In this document: positions 39,595 through 53,555 of the stretch, one piece after another
How positions within the stretch are numbered: the first letter of the stretch is position 1
Layout of the letters: each line of letters starts with the position of its first letter
Assembly (NCBI RefSeq): GCF_006345805.1
Contig: NC_043003.1
Span: 18,848,001-18,912,000 of the forward strand
DNA: 64,000 nucleotides
DNA from: Octopus sinensis
Taxonomy: Eukaryota
Direction of reading: 5' to 3'
The notes under the pieces: generated by a model
Seen by the model: only the letters and a program-made list of their open reading frames with translations
What the model was told of the DNA's origin: nothing
The model's database searches: none
Translations under genes and position numbers: made by a program

Positions 39595-41637
39595 TATGAA
39601 AAGTTATTTACTAATGTCTTGGTTTTGTTTGTTTCAATCTTAGAAACCAAGTAATAAGTACCTGTAAAATAGCCACAAGAATGAATAGTTTTTTTTTTTT
39701 TTTTATTTTTAAAAAATTTTATTGAATCAGTGTGAAGGTGTATAGCCTAGTGGTTAGTGTTGCTTTCACAATTTATAAAACTGGTTTCAATTCTCAGATC
39801 AGGAGGTGTATTGTGTTCTTGAGCAAAACACTTCATTTCACATTATTCCAGTCCACTCAGCTGTAAATTGGGTTCCAGTATTAACTGGCAGTTAACCCTG
39901 TGGCAGACTGCACAGTCACCTATATGTCAGATTAAGAGCTGGCCCTATGAGTCCTAGAGCTCATGACAGACCTAAGCCTGAGTCAATTGAATCAGTAAAC
40001 CTGAGAAAGCATATTTCTCATTTTTTACTTGTTTCAGTCATTTTAATGCAACCATGCTGGGTCACTGCCTTTAAGAATTTTTGGCCAAATTAATTGACCC
40101 CAGTGACTTTTGTTTTTTCCCCACCTTAAATTCAAAGCAGTCTAAAGGAATTAGGAGTAGCTTTTCATAACAACATCAAAATGAATTCATTCTCTTTGCC
40201 AAATGGTAGATTGTATAATGCATGTATTTGAATGAAGTGTGATACTGCATGTCACTGAACACAGAAAACCTGTAATTTGTGAAGAAGGGATCATGGTGGA
40301 ATATATTTTGGATGCTCAAGATGAAGTATCACTATTGAACGGAATGCCTTTGAGCTGGTAATAAAATATGCAAACAGTTGAAACTTGGATCAGTTCTCAC
40401 AAAAATTAGTTTAGTTAGTAAAAGATTGGCTCATGTATTCTATCAGATGTTAAATCTTGATTATGAAGATGAACTGAAAAAAGTCTTCAAATTTTATCCA
40501 ACTTCATGATGCTAGGTCTCACAAAAAAAGTAAAAGGAATATGCATGTATATGTTTATATATTATGTTCATATATGTATGTCTACAAATATTTGTGTTTG
40601 CGTGTATATGTATATATATATATAGCCTTACTGGAACTTGTGCTGGTGGCACGTGAAAAAACATTCGAGCAAGGTCATTGCCAATTCAGGTGGCAAGTAA
40701 GAGCACCCACTACACTCTCGGAGTGATTGGTGTTAGGAAGAGCATCCAGCTGTAGAAACTCTACCAGATCAGATTGGAGTCTGGTGCAGCTATCTGGTTC
40801 GCCAGACCTCAGTCAAATTGTCCAAACCATGCTAGCATGGAAAGCAGACGTTAAACGATGATGATGATATATATATATATGTGTGTGTGGGTGTATGTTT
40901 ACACATGTTTGTATATATATATTTATGTATGTTTATATATGTTTGTATATGTAAATATATTTATGTATTTGTGCATGTATTGCCAGAAGGGAAACCATTA
41001 CTCATATACATGAAGAGAATAGAAATAGAGAAAAAAAATAGATATTAAACAATCAACAACAGCAGATGGTCTACTAATACTGTAAGAGTGTTTCTCAATT
41101 GTTTTGAACTATTTTTCCATCATCACAATTTCTTTTAACTTTAACTTTGTTTCGTAACACACTACCACAATATCAACATGTTCTGTAAATATTTAAACCC
41201 TGAATGTTTCCACTACATTTTTCGTGTGTGATGAAAATAGTTGATATAAATTCTTATTTATAACAAATTAAAGTGATAACCTACAAATTCTCTCTGTCTT
41301 CTAACATTTCTTTTTCTTTCGCATTTTCAGCATATGTTTTTTGCATTTCTTTCTAGAAAAACCCCCACACACATACATACATCTATATATACTATGAACA
41401 TTCACAACCAAATTAAACTATTACTGTGTAGTAAACCAATTGTATAATAGGAATAAGCAACTGAAAAAGCTATTTGTATTTTCTGTTTTAATTACTGATA
41501 TGTACCTTTAATATCATTACTTATTCACTTAATATAGAGCATCTGGTTTTGACCTTAACTGAGCCATTTCAATTACATTCTTCGTTTCTTAGATGGCTAT
41601 TTCAATTCTAAATCTCCAGAAAACAATCACACATTTC

Positions 41638-41862
41638 TTAACCCTTAAGCATTCAGATTACTCTGTCAAATGTAATTTTTATTCACGTTGGTTTGAATTA
41701 ATCATAGCTTATTTCAGAGCTTCGGTATTTCAGTGACATGGTTGTTAATTTTTTAAATGACATTGTAGGGTAGGTGTGAGAAACCAGTTCTGGCTGGTTT
41801 GAACATAAAGACAAATATAGTATTTTGGCTGGATATGGCCAGATTAAATGTTAAAGGGTTAA
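41638..41862. mobile_element. piggyBac-like MITE (family F), opposite orientation
   Basis: TTAACCCTTAAGCATT ... AATGTTAAAGGGTTAA. Confidence 0.8.
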
Positions 41863-42016
41863 TAATTTTTTTTTTTTTCTTAATTTTTAAATCTAGTTCA
41901 ATGCAGAATTGTCTGATTGTTACATTAATTAATTTATACTACCAATTGTTTTTATATTAATTAAATAAAAATTCATGTGTATTAATACCTTATACATTCT
42001 TTTATATATATATATA

Positions 42017-42318
42017 TCACGTGACCGACCAGGCTATCAGATGTTGCTACACATCGCTGGTCACAATGCGCTTTGCATTATTTTATCCATCAAGTGTCGC
42101 CACCCCGCTGGCTAAGCGAGCAGGTCAACAGAAGAAAGAGTGAGAGAAAGTTGTGGCGAAAGAATACAACAGGGATTGCCAACACCCCCTGTTAGAGCAT
42201 CGTGGAGCTTTAGGTGTTTTCGCTCAATAAACACTCACAACGCCCGGTCTGGTAATCAAAACCGCAATCCTACGACCGCGAGTCTGCTGCCCTAACCACT
42301 GGGCTATTGCGCCTCCAC
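42017..42318 (-). mobile_element. SINE family C with an alternative tail
   Basis: tRNA-Arg-like head (GACTCGCGGTC loop, TCG). The tail CACGTGACCGACCAGGCTATCAG is shared with 62695-62790. Confidence 0.8.
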
Positions 42319-44589
42319 ACACAGTCATGTTTGCAGGGTTGAAGAATTTACTTTACACTCAAATGGTTTGGTTTTCAGTCCTACTGTGCAGCACTTTGGA
42401 TATCTGTCTTCTATTATAGCCTCTCTCCAACACAAGCATTCTGAGTGGATTCCGTAGGTGCAAACTGAAAGAATCCTCTCATGTGTGTGTGTTTGTGTCT
42501 CCTCGTCTGGACAACATACACTTGTTGTAAACAAACCTCACCATCATACAGTGTTATTCATTTGAAGGACTAGAGAAAATATTACCTTGCTTAGAGGCAG
42601 GAAGAGCACACAGCTGTTGAAAACCTGACTCGATAAATCTCATCTAATTCATGCAAGCATGGAAAAATGGTTATTAAAATTATGAATAATGAGGACACTA
42701 TATTTCTACTACATTTTGGTTACTTGTTCTTGTTTAACCCTGGGTCTGCCTTCATTGAGTAGACTTACAATTAAAGGAATTCCAGCTGGGACCATCTTGT
42801 TTCCACCCCAACAAAAGATTTTAGAATATGAATTGAGGAAATTTTGTGTGCTATTTCTAGTGACTTGAGTGGCCACGTAGCGGTTTCATTGCAGTTTGTA
42901 TCTTCATATGGTGCCAATTTCATAATTAGATACAGCCTTTGAGAGGTACATATCTTCTCCCAGTGACACACCAGCACTGGTGATGGGGCCGGGGGGGGGG
43001 GGGGCTGACTGACTTATAAACATCTGCATTTCTCCTTATATGTACAGAGTATTTCTTTAAAGAAGGAGCCTTGTCTTTTTTTTTCTTTTTCTTTTTTTTT
43101 TTTTTTTTTGGCCCCATTTCATGATATTCATGTTTGTCTTTTTACCTGTGTCTGCTATAAACATTTATCAGGATCTGCAAAATGAAGTAAAACCTGCCAA
43201 ATGTTGATTAAGCTAAAAGTCCATGTTCCTTAACATGAATTATAAAAATTAATTGTTTGGTAAATATTATCAACATGTGTAGGTATGCGTGGGTGTTTTC
43301 GCATTTCAAATGTGAAGATATCAGCATAAAAATAGCTTTTGAAGATTTCATTTCGTGTCGTTCATTGTGTGGAGTTGGATTTTTGTTTTTTGGGGTTTTT
43401 TTGGGGTTTTTTTTTGGTTTATTTATGCATGTATTTCAGTACGTTCCTTTTCTAATCTCTTACGTTGTATTTTTCTTTGGCTTCATGCGCTCTGCTTTCT
43501 GAAGTGTTGTTCTTCCACTCCAGCAAGGGAAGGGAAGAGGTAAACACAGCTTGTTTGCTCAACCTCAAACTTTTCTATCAATTTCGAGTTTTGTCAGTAT
43601 TTTACTGTGAAAGCTTCTCAGCTGAGATGAGTGCTGTTCAAGGATAAACATACTGAAGTACTTAAAGCCGAGGGATCGGGTTTTGAAAGGTTAAGTAAAT
43701 GTAGAAAATACAACGAGAGAGAGAGAGAGTGCATGTGTGTGTGTGTTTGTAAGAGAAGAGGAAAATATTAATAATATATAGTGAATATTTTAGTCACTAG
43801 TTTAAAAGAATATAATTAAATGAATTTTAAATCATTGTAATATATATTCACACGGTTAGCTTGTTTTACCAAATGAACACACAAAACTCTTTGGTAGTTA
43901 AACAGCAATTTACACCAAAGAAAATTTAAAGCTATATGAACTGAAAATGCCTTTTTAAAATAATATTTTCTTTAATTAAATCTGATGGATGTATACTTAA
44001 GAATTGATTTTATCTTATGCAGACATATATCTGTACCAAGTTGTCATTATAAATACATATGTTTGCAATAAATTGAGTTGAAGAAGAGTCTGTTTTGAGA
44101 TTGATGTAAAGCGATAAGGAAAACCAAGGTATTTTAAATAGATTAGGAAATATCTCAAATGGATGATGACAAGCGAATTGTCACTTGATAAAAGATACTA
44201 AGTTGTCTCTGTTAATTACTTTTGCAATTTTTGTTTTTCTTTCTAATTCCCGTTTTAAGCCTAGTTTTCATGTAGAATGGTTGTTGAGCACTTCTATATT
44301 GTTAAAGCAGTTGATCTGATGGCTTTGTACTCTCCCTACCGTTAATAAGAGTGGAACCTATTTGTCAGTCAAGCAAACAATGTTTGTGCTTTGACTAGGA
44401 ATTATTTCTCCTCTGCATAACTGCTGATCCTCTACAAGGTACTTCACACCACACACATACAAGTGTACTGAACACATATGTGGAATAGAGTTGCTGCTAT
44501 ACACACAAACATTCTGGCCTGCATCTTAAAAACAAAAAAATGGCTTTCTCCAACTGGTTAGTAAATGTTACCTCATTAACAAACTACAA

Positions 44590-45260
44590 CCACTTGCATT
44601 TTTAGTCGAATGAATCAACCCCTGTACTTATTGCCGAGCCACTAAGTTACAAGGACATAAACACACCAACACCAGTTGTCATGTGGTGATGGAGGGACAA
44701 ACACAGACACACACACATAGATACATATATTTCAACATCAAAATAAATATCAAATGGAAATTGTAGTTGTGATACCTGTGCCGGGGGCATGTAAAAAGCA
44801 CCATATGAATGTGGCCGATGCCAGTGCCGCCTTGACTGGCTTCTGTGCTGGTGGCACGTAAAAAGCACCAACCGATTGTGGCCGCTGCCAGCCTCCCCTG
44901 GCACCTGTTCCAGTGGCATGTAAAAAGCACCCACTATACTCACGGAGTGGTTGGCGTTAGGAAAGGCATCCAGCTGTAGAAACACTGCCAGATCTGACTG
45001 GAGCCTGGTGCAGCCTCCTGGCTTCCCAGATCCCCGGTCGAACCATCCAACCTGTGCTAGCACGGAAAATGGACGTTAAACAATGATGATGATGATGATG
45101 ATACATGATGAGCTTCTTTCAGTTTTCATCTACTAAATCCACTCTTAAGACTTTCATCAGCCTGAGTCTTGACACTTGCCCAATTTGATGCGCAGAGGGG
45201 CTGAACTCAGAATCATGTGGCTGGGAAGCAAGTTTCTTACCACACAGTCACTCCTGTGCC
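44590..45260 (-). mobile_element. Family A SINE with a nested plus-strand family B copy (~44724-45100)
   Basis: The A body is split at its internal CA/TA microsatellite, with GATACAT on both sides of the insert. Confidence 0.8.
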
Positions 45261-45619
45261 TCCTTTGCAAACAAAATATTCATTCATAGAGTGCAGTTTG
45301 TTTCCAGTTCTCGGCATAAACCTGTCAAGTTGTTTGTTGTCAGATTGACTGAAAGAGTAGTGCTTCACTTGGAAATAAGTGGAAGTTAGCACCAGGATGG
45401 GCATCTGGCTAGAGAAAAAAATCTGACTCATGCAAGCATGGAAAAATAGGCAATAAAGTGATGATGATTGAGTTCAGATGCTTATTACAGATTAGATGAC
45501 TGTGTGGGAGAGGGTTTCACATCAAATGGAATTTTTCTTCTATTTGTTTTATACTTTTACTATCTATTTCACAAAAAAAATTCATGTCCATTAAAATGTA
45601 ACATTACATGCAATTATTC

Positions 45620-45953
45620 AATGGCTCAGTGGTTAGAGCATCAAGCTTACAATCATGAGGTAGTGAGTTTGATTCCCAGACCGAGTTATGTGTTGTGTTC
45701 TTGAGCAAGACACTTCATTTCATGTTGCTCCAGTTCACTCAACTGTAGAAATGAGTTGCAACATCACTGGTACCAAGCTATATCAGCCTTTGCCTTTCCC
45801 TTGGATAGCATCAGTGGTGTGGAGAGGGAAAGCTTGTATGCATAGGTGACTGCTAGTCTTCCATAAATAACCTTGCCCAGACTTGTGCCTTAGAGGGGTA
45901 ACTTTCTAAGTGAAATACTATGGTTAGTCATGACCGAAGGGAATGTTTACCCT
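45620..45953 (+). mobile_element. tRNA-derived SINE family G, full length
   Basis: A box TGGCTCAGTGG, B box AGTTTGATTCC, body homologous to 5410-5710. Confidence 0.85.
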
Positions 45954-47304
45954 TTACATTGCATTATATTAATTAAAAGAAATTCAAAGAATACTCTGAA
46001 ATAAAATTTAAAAAATCATTACTGGGAGTAAGTTGATGCTTGTTAACTGTAAGAAATATGATAAACGGAAGCTTGACCTAAAAATAAATGGGAGTAGAGA
46101 AGTCCCCAAAGATCACTTTTTTTACACAACTTTTGAAACATTTTGATGGCAAAAACCATTTGGCTCTTTTCATTCTTAACTAAGCTTAAGGACCACATAC
46201 ATGAGCCCACCAAAATGGAGAATAAAGTGTTGAAAATTCATCAAATTGAGTGACTATAACTGCAACATGGCAATGCTTAAGTGAAGACTTAATCTAGGAA
46301 ACAAGAGCCACTCTACCAAAATGACTGAAGCATCAAAATATTCCAAGCATTAGAAAGCTGATAAGTTTTGTTGTAAACCATCTCACTAACACACATCAGA
46401 TGCTGAGAGATCAAGGTTTGGAGACTTGAAAATATTAGCATATGCATGTGAAGCCTAGAGTACAGCCAGCAGTCACTCATGAGTGAGTATGGCTCACTTG
46501 CTTTTACTATGCTTTTTTTTTTTTAACTGTTTTAGATACATATGTAGTCTCAAGCAGACATACACCTTCCTGTCTTTGACCCAGTCGAATATCCAACACA
46601 TAGCAGCTGGAGAATGAGTAGTCTGCACCAACACATGCCTAGTACACATTACAACAGAGTAGACTGGAGCAATGTAAAACAAAGGGTACACAATACACCA
46701 CCCAATCCAAGAATTGAACTCGTGATCTAATGCTCATCAGCCAAACACCCTAACCACTAGACTATCGACCTTCACTGTAAAAACTATACATATTTCATTT
46801 CCCATTACCTCCCAAACTTTGTAATATACTACTTCAGTGATACAAAGTCGGGTTAGCAACAGGGAGGGCACCCAGCTTTAAAAACAATGCTTCAGTACAT
46901 ATTGGTCGTGCCTATGCTAAAATGGGAAGAAAAAATTGGACATAAAACAATGGACAAATCTCAACATTAATTATTCAGGTTGCTTCAATATTATAAGTTT
47001 GTTCCATTAATATTTATATTTCCTGTTCAGGAAGTTGACACATTGCAAGCCATTCCTAATGCAAGTAATTAGTAACCTATTGAAGAAGCTCTGACCCAAC
47101 CCAGCATTGAAGGATTTATGAAGTTATTCAGTTTGCTAGATTTGGGAGCCAATTCTTTCTCATTCCCTACCATCTTAGGTAAAGGATACATTTGACAATT
47201 TAGTCTTGAATATACAAAATTGACAGGAGAGTCTCAGTTAGAATATCTTTGAGCATGGCTTATTCAATCAGAGATGAGTTGAGACTTAACTACAACATTA
47301 TTAT

Positions 47305-48440
47305 CATGGTCAAGTATGACCTTCGAATGTTGGGCCTCACAGAGGCAATGATAAAAGACCGAGACCTCTGTAGATATGCTGTGATTGTGAAGACCCGACA
47401 AATGAAGTGAATTCATGGCTCACAGGACGGCCTGCTGTGCTTACTGTGGATCGTAGGGCAACCTGCTGTGCTTGAGAAGACCTGTTGAGTCAAGTACATC
47501 AACTTCAAAATAAAAATCAAATGGAAATTGCAGTTGGTGGCACGTAAAAAACACCATCCAAACATGGCCGATGCCAGCGCCGCCTTGACTGGCGTCTGTG
47601 CCAGTGGCACGTAAAAAGCACCAACCGATCGTGGCTGTTGCCATCCTCCCCTAGCACCTGTGCTGGTGGTATGTAAAAAGCACCCACTACACTCATGGAG
47701 TGGTTGGCATTAGGAAGGGCATCCAGCTGTAGAAACACTGCCAGATTTGACTGGAGCCTGGTGCAGCCTCCTGGCTTCCTAGACCCCGGTCGAACCGTCC
47801 AACCCATGCTAGCATGGAAAATGGACGTTAAACGATGATGATCATCATTATTATTATTAAGGTGGCGAGCTGGCAGAATCATTAGCACGCCAGGCAAATT
47901 ACTTAGCAGTATTTTGTCTGCCACTACGTTCTAAGTTCAAATAAGTACCAGTTGAGACCTATTGAGTCAAGTACATCAAGATCAAAATAAAAATCAAATG
48001 GAAATTGTAGTTGTGATACCCGTGCTGGTGGCACGTAAAAAACACCATTCAAATGTGGCCGATGCCAGCGCCGCCTTGACTGGCGTCTGTGCCGGTGGTA
48101 CATAAAAAGCACCAACTGATCGTGGGCGTTGCCAGTCACCTCTGGCCCCTGTGCCGGTTCGATGTAATCGACTATCCCTCTCCCCACAAATTCCAGGACT
48201 TGTACCTATAATAAAAAGGATTATTATAAGGTGGTGAGCTGGTAGAATCATTAGCATACCAGGTAAAATGCTTAGTGACATTTCACTCATCCTTACATAC
48301 TAAGTTCAAAATCTGCCGAGGTCAATTTTTTCTTTCATCCTTTCGGAGTCATTGAAATAAGTACTAGTTACGTACTGAGGTCGATGTAATCAACTTACTA
48401 CCTCCTCAAAATTATTTTATGCTTATAGTAGAAAGGATTA
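47305..48440 (+). mobile_element. Cluster: RTE 3' end (47305-47842), then family D SINEs with an inserted family B fragment (~47955-48155)
   Basis: Plus translation VKYDLRMLGLTEAMIKDRDLCRYAVIVKTRQMK* followed by the family B UTR and (GAT)n. Family D heads at 47860 and 48229. Confidence 0.85.
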
Positions 48441-49396
48441 TTATTATTATTATCATTATTATTATTATTAATTAGACAGTAACAAAAATAGCTGTTCTGG
48501 ACTAAAACATTTTACAATATCTAGTTTTCTTATTTTTAATTCAAATCCCACTAAAGTCAGCTTTATCTTTTATTCTACTAAATCAGTAAAATAGTAGCAG
48601 TCAAACCCAAGGGTCAATGCAACCAACTGTTCCCCACAAAAAATACAGGTGCCCATGAGCCTGAGTTTGAAACCCTCATTATTTTTATCAATAATTATGT
48701 CACTGAGTACTGAGGTCAGCAGGCTTCTTAGTGTAATAATATTGGCAATTTCCATCCAGAGATTAATTCTCACAAGCAAAAGCCTATTTTTTGCCTGGAA
48801 TATGAAACTGAGTTGGACTTTGGTCCACCCTCTGTGTTGTGTGCAAAAGGAGACAATTAGCCACTGCTGTTTTGGGTGCTGTGGCATGGCCAACTGGACA
48901 TTCAACTTGTTTTGGTAAAAGTCCATTTTGGCACTGGAGGTAAAATTGCATTTATGCACACAAATATACCCCTACAGATAGAGAGAAGGAGAGAAAGACA
49001 TTACACATGCAAACATAATTAGATCTTCACACACATAGACAGACATTAGACATAAACATAAACATAATTAGATGCTCACACATAAACCAAATGGGGGAGA
49101 GAGTAAGAGAAACATTAAAACATCTGATGTCAAATAAGTCAGCAGCACCCAAAATAGCTTTGCCAAAATGTCTCATACCTACCGTGAGACACATGGTAGC
49201 CATCTCCCCTAGTGTGTCCAATCTGCCACAGTTTTACTGCTCTTATCCAAAATAACTTAGTTTTCATTACGCTGGTGTTAGGAACATAAATTGTGACTAA
49301 GGTTTGGTGGGAGACTTTAATTCAAAACTTATGAAAACAAGACATTTGTACTCAGAGCCAGAGCCAGCTTCAGCCAGGTTGGTGACAAAAGGGTTA

Positions 49397-50000
49397 AGGT
49401 CTTCCAGGATTGTTCCTTTTTGTTTTCTTTGTAATAGTCTCTCTGTCATTTGCAGTCTTTGTATGCTGATACACAATATTACCTGCCAGGTAAAGTGGAT
49501 GGAGGAAACTGGAGAAGTACAATGGACAGAAATGGAAAGGCTTTGGGATTTGGCCTTTTTCAATGACATTGCACTCCTGACAAAAATAAGAGCTCGTCTA
49601 CAAGAACGATTAAGCTCAAAGAATAACCAGGAAAAAAAATTAAGCTTGGAATTAACTGTGAAAAGACCAAGATGATGCTGATTACTACGGCAAACTAACC
49701 TTCCATCTTCGTCAGACAGCAAGTTGTGTGGAAGATGTGAACAATTTCTCCTTTCTCCTATCTTGGCAACGTTATCTGCTGTGATGGAAGTATAGATAGT
49801 GATGCAAACAGTAGAATTGGCAAAGCAGAAGCTGTATACTCCAGCATGTTTGACCTAAACCGAGCAACAACATGCATCAGTACCAACATGATTTGGCTAT
49901 ATAGTGCAGTATGAATGTGAGAAGCATTAACAATATCTCCAAAACACATGATAGCTGAGTCAAATTTGTAGGAAATTTCAACAAGCTCAGTCACTGTGGA
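49397..50000 (+). mobile_element. Degenerate RTE-like reverse transcriptase fragment
   Basis: LWDLAFFNDIALL (cf. LxDLDFADDIALL) and FSYLGNVICCDGSIDSDANSRIGKAEAVY (cf. FxYLGSxIxxDG...RIGKAxxAF). Confidence 0.8.
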
Positions 50001-50163
50001 AAGCAAAGGATCTAATTTTTTTGAGCCCTTGCCTTTTACCTAAGAATGAGAAGATAAATGGTGTTGACTGATGCTTTGCTTATTAGCTAGTAAAATTTAG
50101 TTTATGGTGGTGTTCATTATTCTTTTATTTAAAATTCTAATTATTATTATTATTATTATTATT

Positions 50164-50204
<41 letters not shown>

Positions 50205-50219
50205 TATTATGCCCTAAAC

Positions 50220-50596
50220 AGGTGCAGGTGGACTGTGTGGTAAGTAGCTTGCTTACCAACCACATAATTCCAGGTTCAATCCCACTGTGTGGCACCTTGG
50301 GCAAGTGTCTTCTACTATAGCCTCAGGCCAACCAAAGCCTTGTGAGTGGATGTGGTAGACGGAAACTGAAAGAAGCTCGTATATTTGTATATGTTTGTAT
50401 GTCTGTGTTTGTCCCCCCAACATTGCTAGACAACCGATGCTGGTGTGTTTACATCCCCGTCACTTAGCGGTTTGGCAAGAGAGACCAATAAAATAAGTAC
50501 TAGGCTTACAAAGAATAAGTCCTGGGGTCGATTTGCTCGACTAAAGGTGGTGCTCCAGCATGGCAACAGCCAAATGACTGAAACAAGTAAAAGAGT
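50220..50596 (+). mobile_element. Family A SINE, full length
   Basis: Reverse-complement match to 4282-4666 and 31074-31448. Confidence 0.9.
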
Positions 50597-53427
50597 AACC
50601 ACTGAGTTAGAGTTAGAATTTTGTGTTGAAGCTGTATTACTTCTTTTTTGTTTGTTAATTGCCTTTAAACAGATCAAAAACATCAGAGCTTAGAATTAAA
50701 ATTCATTTCTTACATGCCAACTATTCCACCTCAATAGATTCATGGGTGAACATTGCTTTTCACCCTTTCGAGGTCAATGAAATGAAGTATCTATCAAGTA
50801 CTGGGTATTCAACTTTATCAATTAATACCTTCTCCAGAAATCTGTGGTCATGTGTTAATGATAAGGAATATTATTATTCATAGGTTCTAAACTATTTTAT
50901 CCAGCAAGTTAATTCCTCACACGCATTAACTGTTAGTAGGATTAATATCTTAACTTTTTTATCAGTAAATAGAAATTTCAAAATTCCAGTTTTTTAAACT
51001 TTGTTTTTAGACTCCTGTCAAAATCGTAATACATTTCAACTTTTGTATTTTTTTTTATTTGTTTTGTTAACTTATTAAAGAAAATATTTTTTTCTTATAG
51101 AAATAAAAATCCAGTTTTCATATCTAAAGCTAAATTGCTGACTAAGTGAAATGTGAAGAAATACAATCTTGTATAAATACTCTCTCAACATGAACTTCCA
51201 ATATTTTAAATATTTGTACTAAGATTTTTAATTTTCTGTATATTAAGCTCAAGTTTTTTTTATATATATATGACTGATTTCAGCTGATAAATGTTAAAAG
51301 AAAAAAAATCAACAAAAAAGTTACTCTTGTTTCTCAGTTTCAAAAATTACAGTTATTTGTATATAAAATATATTTATCAACAAGATTTCTTACACTATTT
51401 GTAGTTGTAGATTTTTTTTTTTTGTCATTCTGAGATACCCTTTTCAGATGTAAAAACAAAAAAAAACTGTTTATTATTTTTCTGATATTTCATATGGCCA
51501 CATCTCCCTCTCACTCATTTCCCTCTCTCTCCTTCACCCTTTTATTTTTTCCCTTCCTACTGTTCCTCTCTCTTGCTATATATTCTCTCCTTCTGCTTTC
51601 TTTACTTATTTTTTCCCTTCTTCTCCTCCCTTCCCCTAATGACAATCAACAAGGGTATTAAGAAGTTATATTCACTAATATTCCACTTAACCATGTAATA
51701 TACAAATGCTTCTAGTTCTCTTAGTTTATTCTGAAATAAAGACTGCAATCACTATAAGTATTATATATGTCTGTTCAAGACATTTGCATTTCACTGCAAC
51801 TGCACCTCATATTAATTCCGAATTCCTCGTCTTTAAAAGTAGGCCCTTTTTTTTTTTTTGGTGTGGGGGGAATAATTGTATTGACTTTTGTCTTTTATAG
51901 ATTTTCTTTCTTTGCTTTTAAATGCTTCTCCTGTTAAATATATTAACACTTAGCTATTGTTTTTTATGCAGAAGGCATCTCTGAGTTATTTAGTCTCTAA
52001 ACATTTTTTTTTGTTCATGCCAGCCAGTGTACAATCTTATACATCTACTTAGTGATTATTCCATTATTACTTCAGCAAATGTGAAGGTATGTGACCAAAT
52101 GATTAGGGTGTTGGATTCATGATCATCAGGTTGTTGGTTCAAATCCAGGACAGGGCAGTGCATTATATCCTTGCACAAGGTACATCATTTTGTATTGCTC
52201 TGCTCTACTGTGCTGAAATGGCTACCACCTGAGAGCTGGTGCACTTCTCTCTCTCCCCCTCTGGTTGTCATATCCCACATATTCTATCGGCTCAAAAGTG
52301 GGTTGCCAGAGAGCATGTCCATCATCATTGTTTCCATGCTGGCATGGGTGGACAGTTTGACAAGGAGCTGGCTAGCAGGGAGCTGTCCACATTCCAACTG
52401 TCTGTTGTGGCATGGTTTCTACAACAGGTGCCCTTCCTAACATCAACCACTTTAGTGTGCTGGCTGCTTTTTGTGTGCCACCAGTTCAGGTGCATTTACG
52501 TAGCACCAACGTAGGTGCTTTTTAAGTGGCACCAACATCTGAAAGGACAAGCCTGTATGTGTGGAAGACAGCGGTTTTACTTGGCTTGACCTGTCTTATC
52601 AAGTACAGCAAATCACCACATTTTCCATTCCCTTGTCATTTCCTCAATAACAACCAGCATCTGAAGATCCTTTCTCACTACTTCATGCCACGTCTTCCTG
52701 GGTCTACCCTTTCCACAGGTACCCTCCACAATTAGAGCTCAGCACTCCATGTCTGTTGATAACACATAGGCAACTGTAAAAGCTAGAAACAAGGTACCAT
52801 GCTACCGAGTTATTCACCTTTGTATAACTTAAGGGTACACCCTGTCACATCTTACTACCATCTCTCTTTTTCCAACTAGAGTAACCACGTATCTTCCCTT
52901 CAGCAAAATACCTGTTCCTGTACTTCTGTCATACTTAAACTTCATCTCCCTCATTGTTACACCTCCCTTCAGTTTTGGGGTTTTGACTTGCAAATTACTT
53001 AGCAACCTCACTGATGCCAGTGCTACATAGAAAGCACTCAGTGCTCTCTGTAAAGTGGTTGGTTTTAGGAAGGACATCCAGCCATAGAAACCATTTCAAA
53101 GCAAGCAAAGGAGCTTGGTGCAGTTCTCTGGCTCACCAGCTCCAACCCATGTCAGCATGGAAGACATGTTAAATGATGATAATGATGATAACGATAAGTG
53201 ATGGCAGTGATTCTATCACTTCAGTAAACACAGTGAAGTTTACACTCTGCTAAGGATGTCATAATTTAATTGAAACATGTTAACAGTTGTCTCCCATATC
53301 TCCCAAAATAAAATAATATTAATCATTGATTGAAGTTTGTTTGTTTGTTTTTTCCTACTGCATCGTTATTTCTAAGTTTTTTTAACACCCTCTGTATTAA
53401 ATATATTAACTTAGCTATTATGTACAT

Positions 53428-53555
53428 CAGTGGTCTGTAAAGATAGTTCTGGGGGTCTGTGCACATATTAAACTGACAAACCTTTCAATATCCTTAGGTC
53501 TGTGAGAAAACTCATTTAAATGAAAGATTGGTAGTGAAAAATTTGGGAACCACTG
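53428..53555. mobile_element. 128-bp hAT-like MITE
   Basis: CAGTGGT...ACCACTG ends; perfect 8-bp TSD ATGTACAT (53420-53427 / 53556-53563). Confidence 0.85.
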
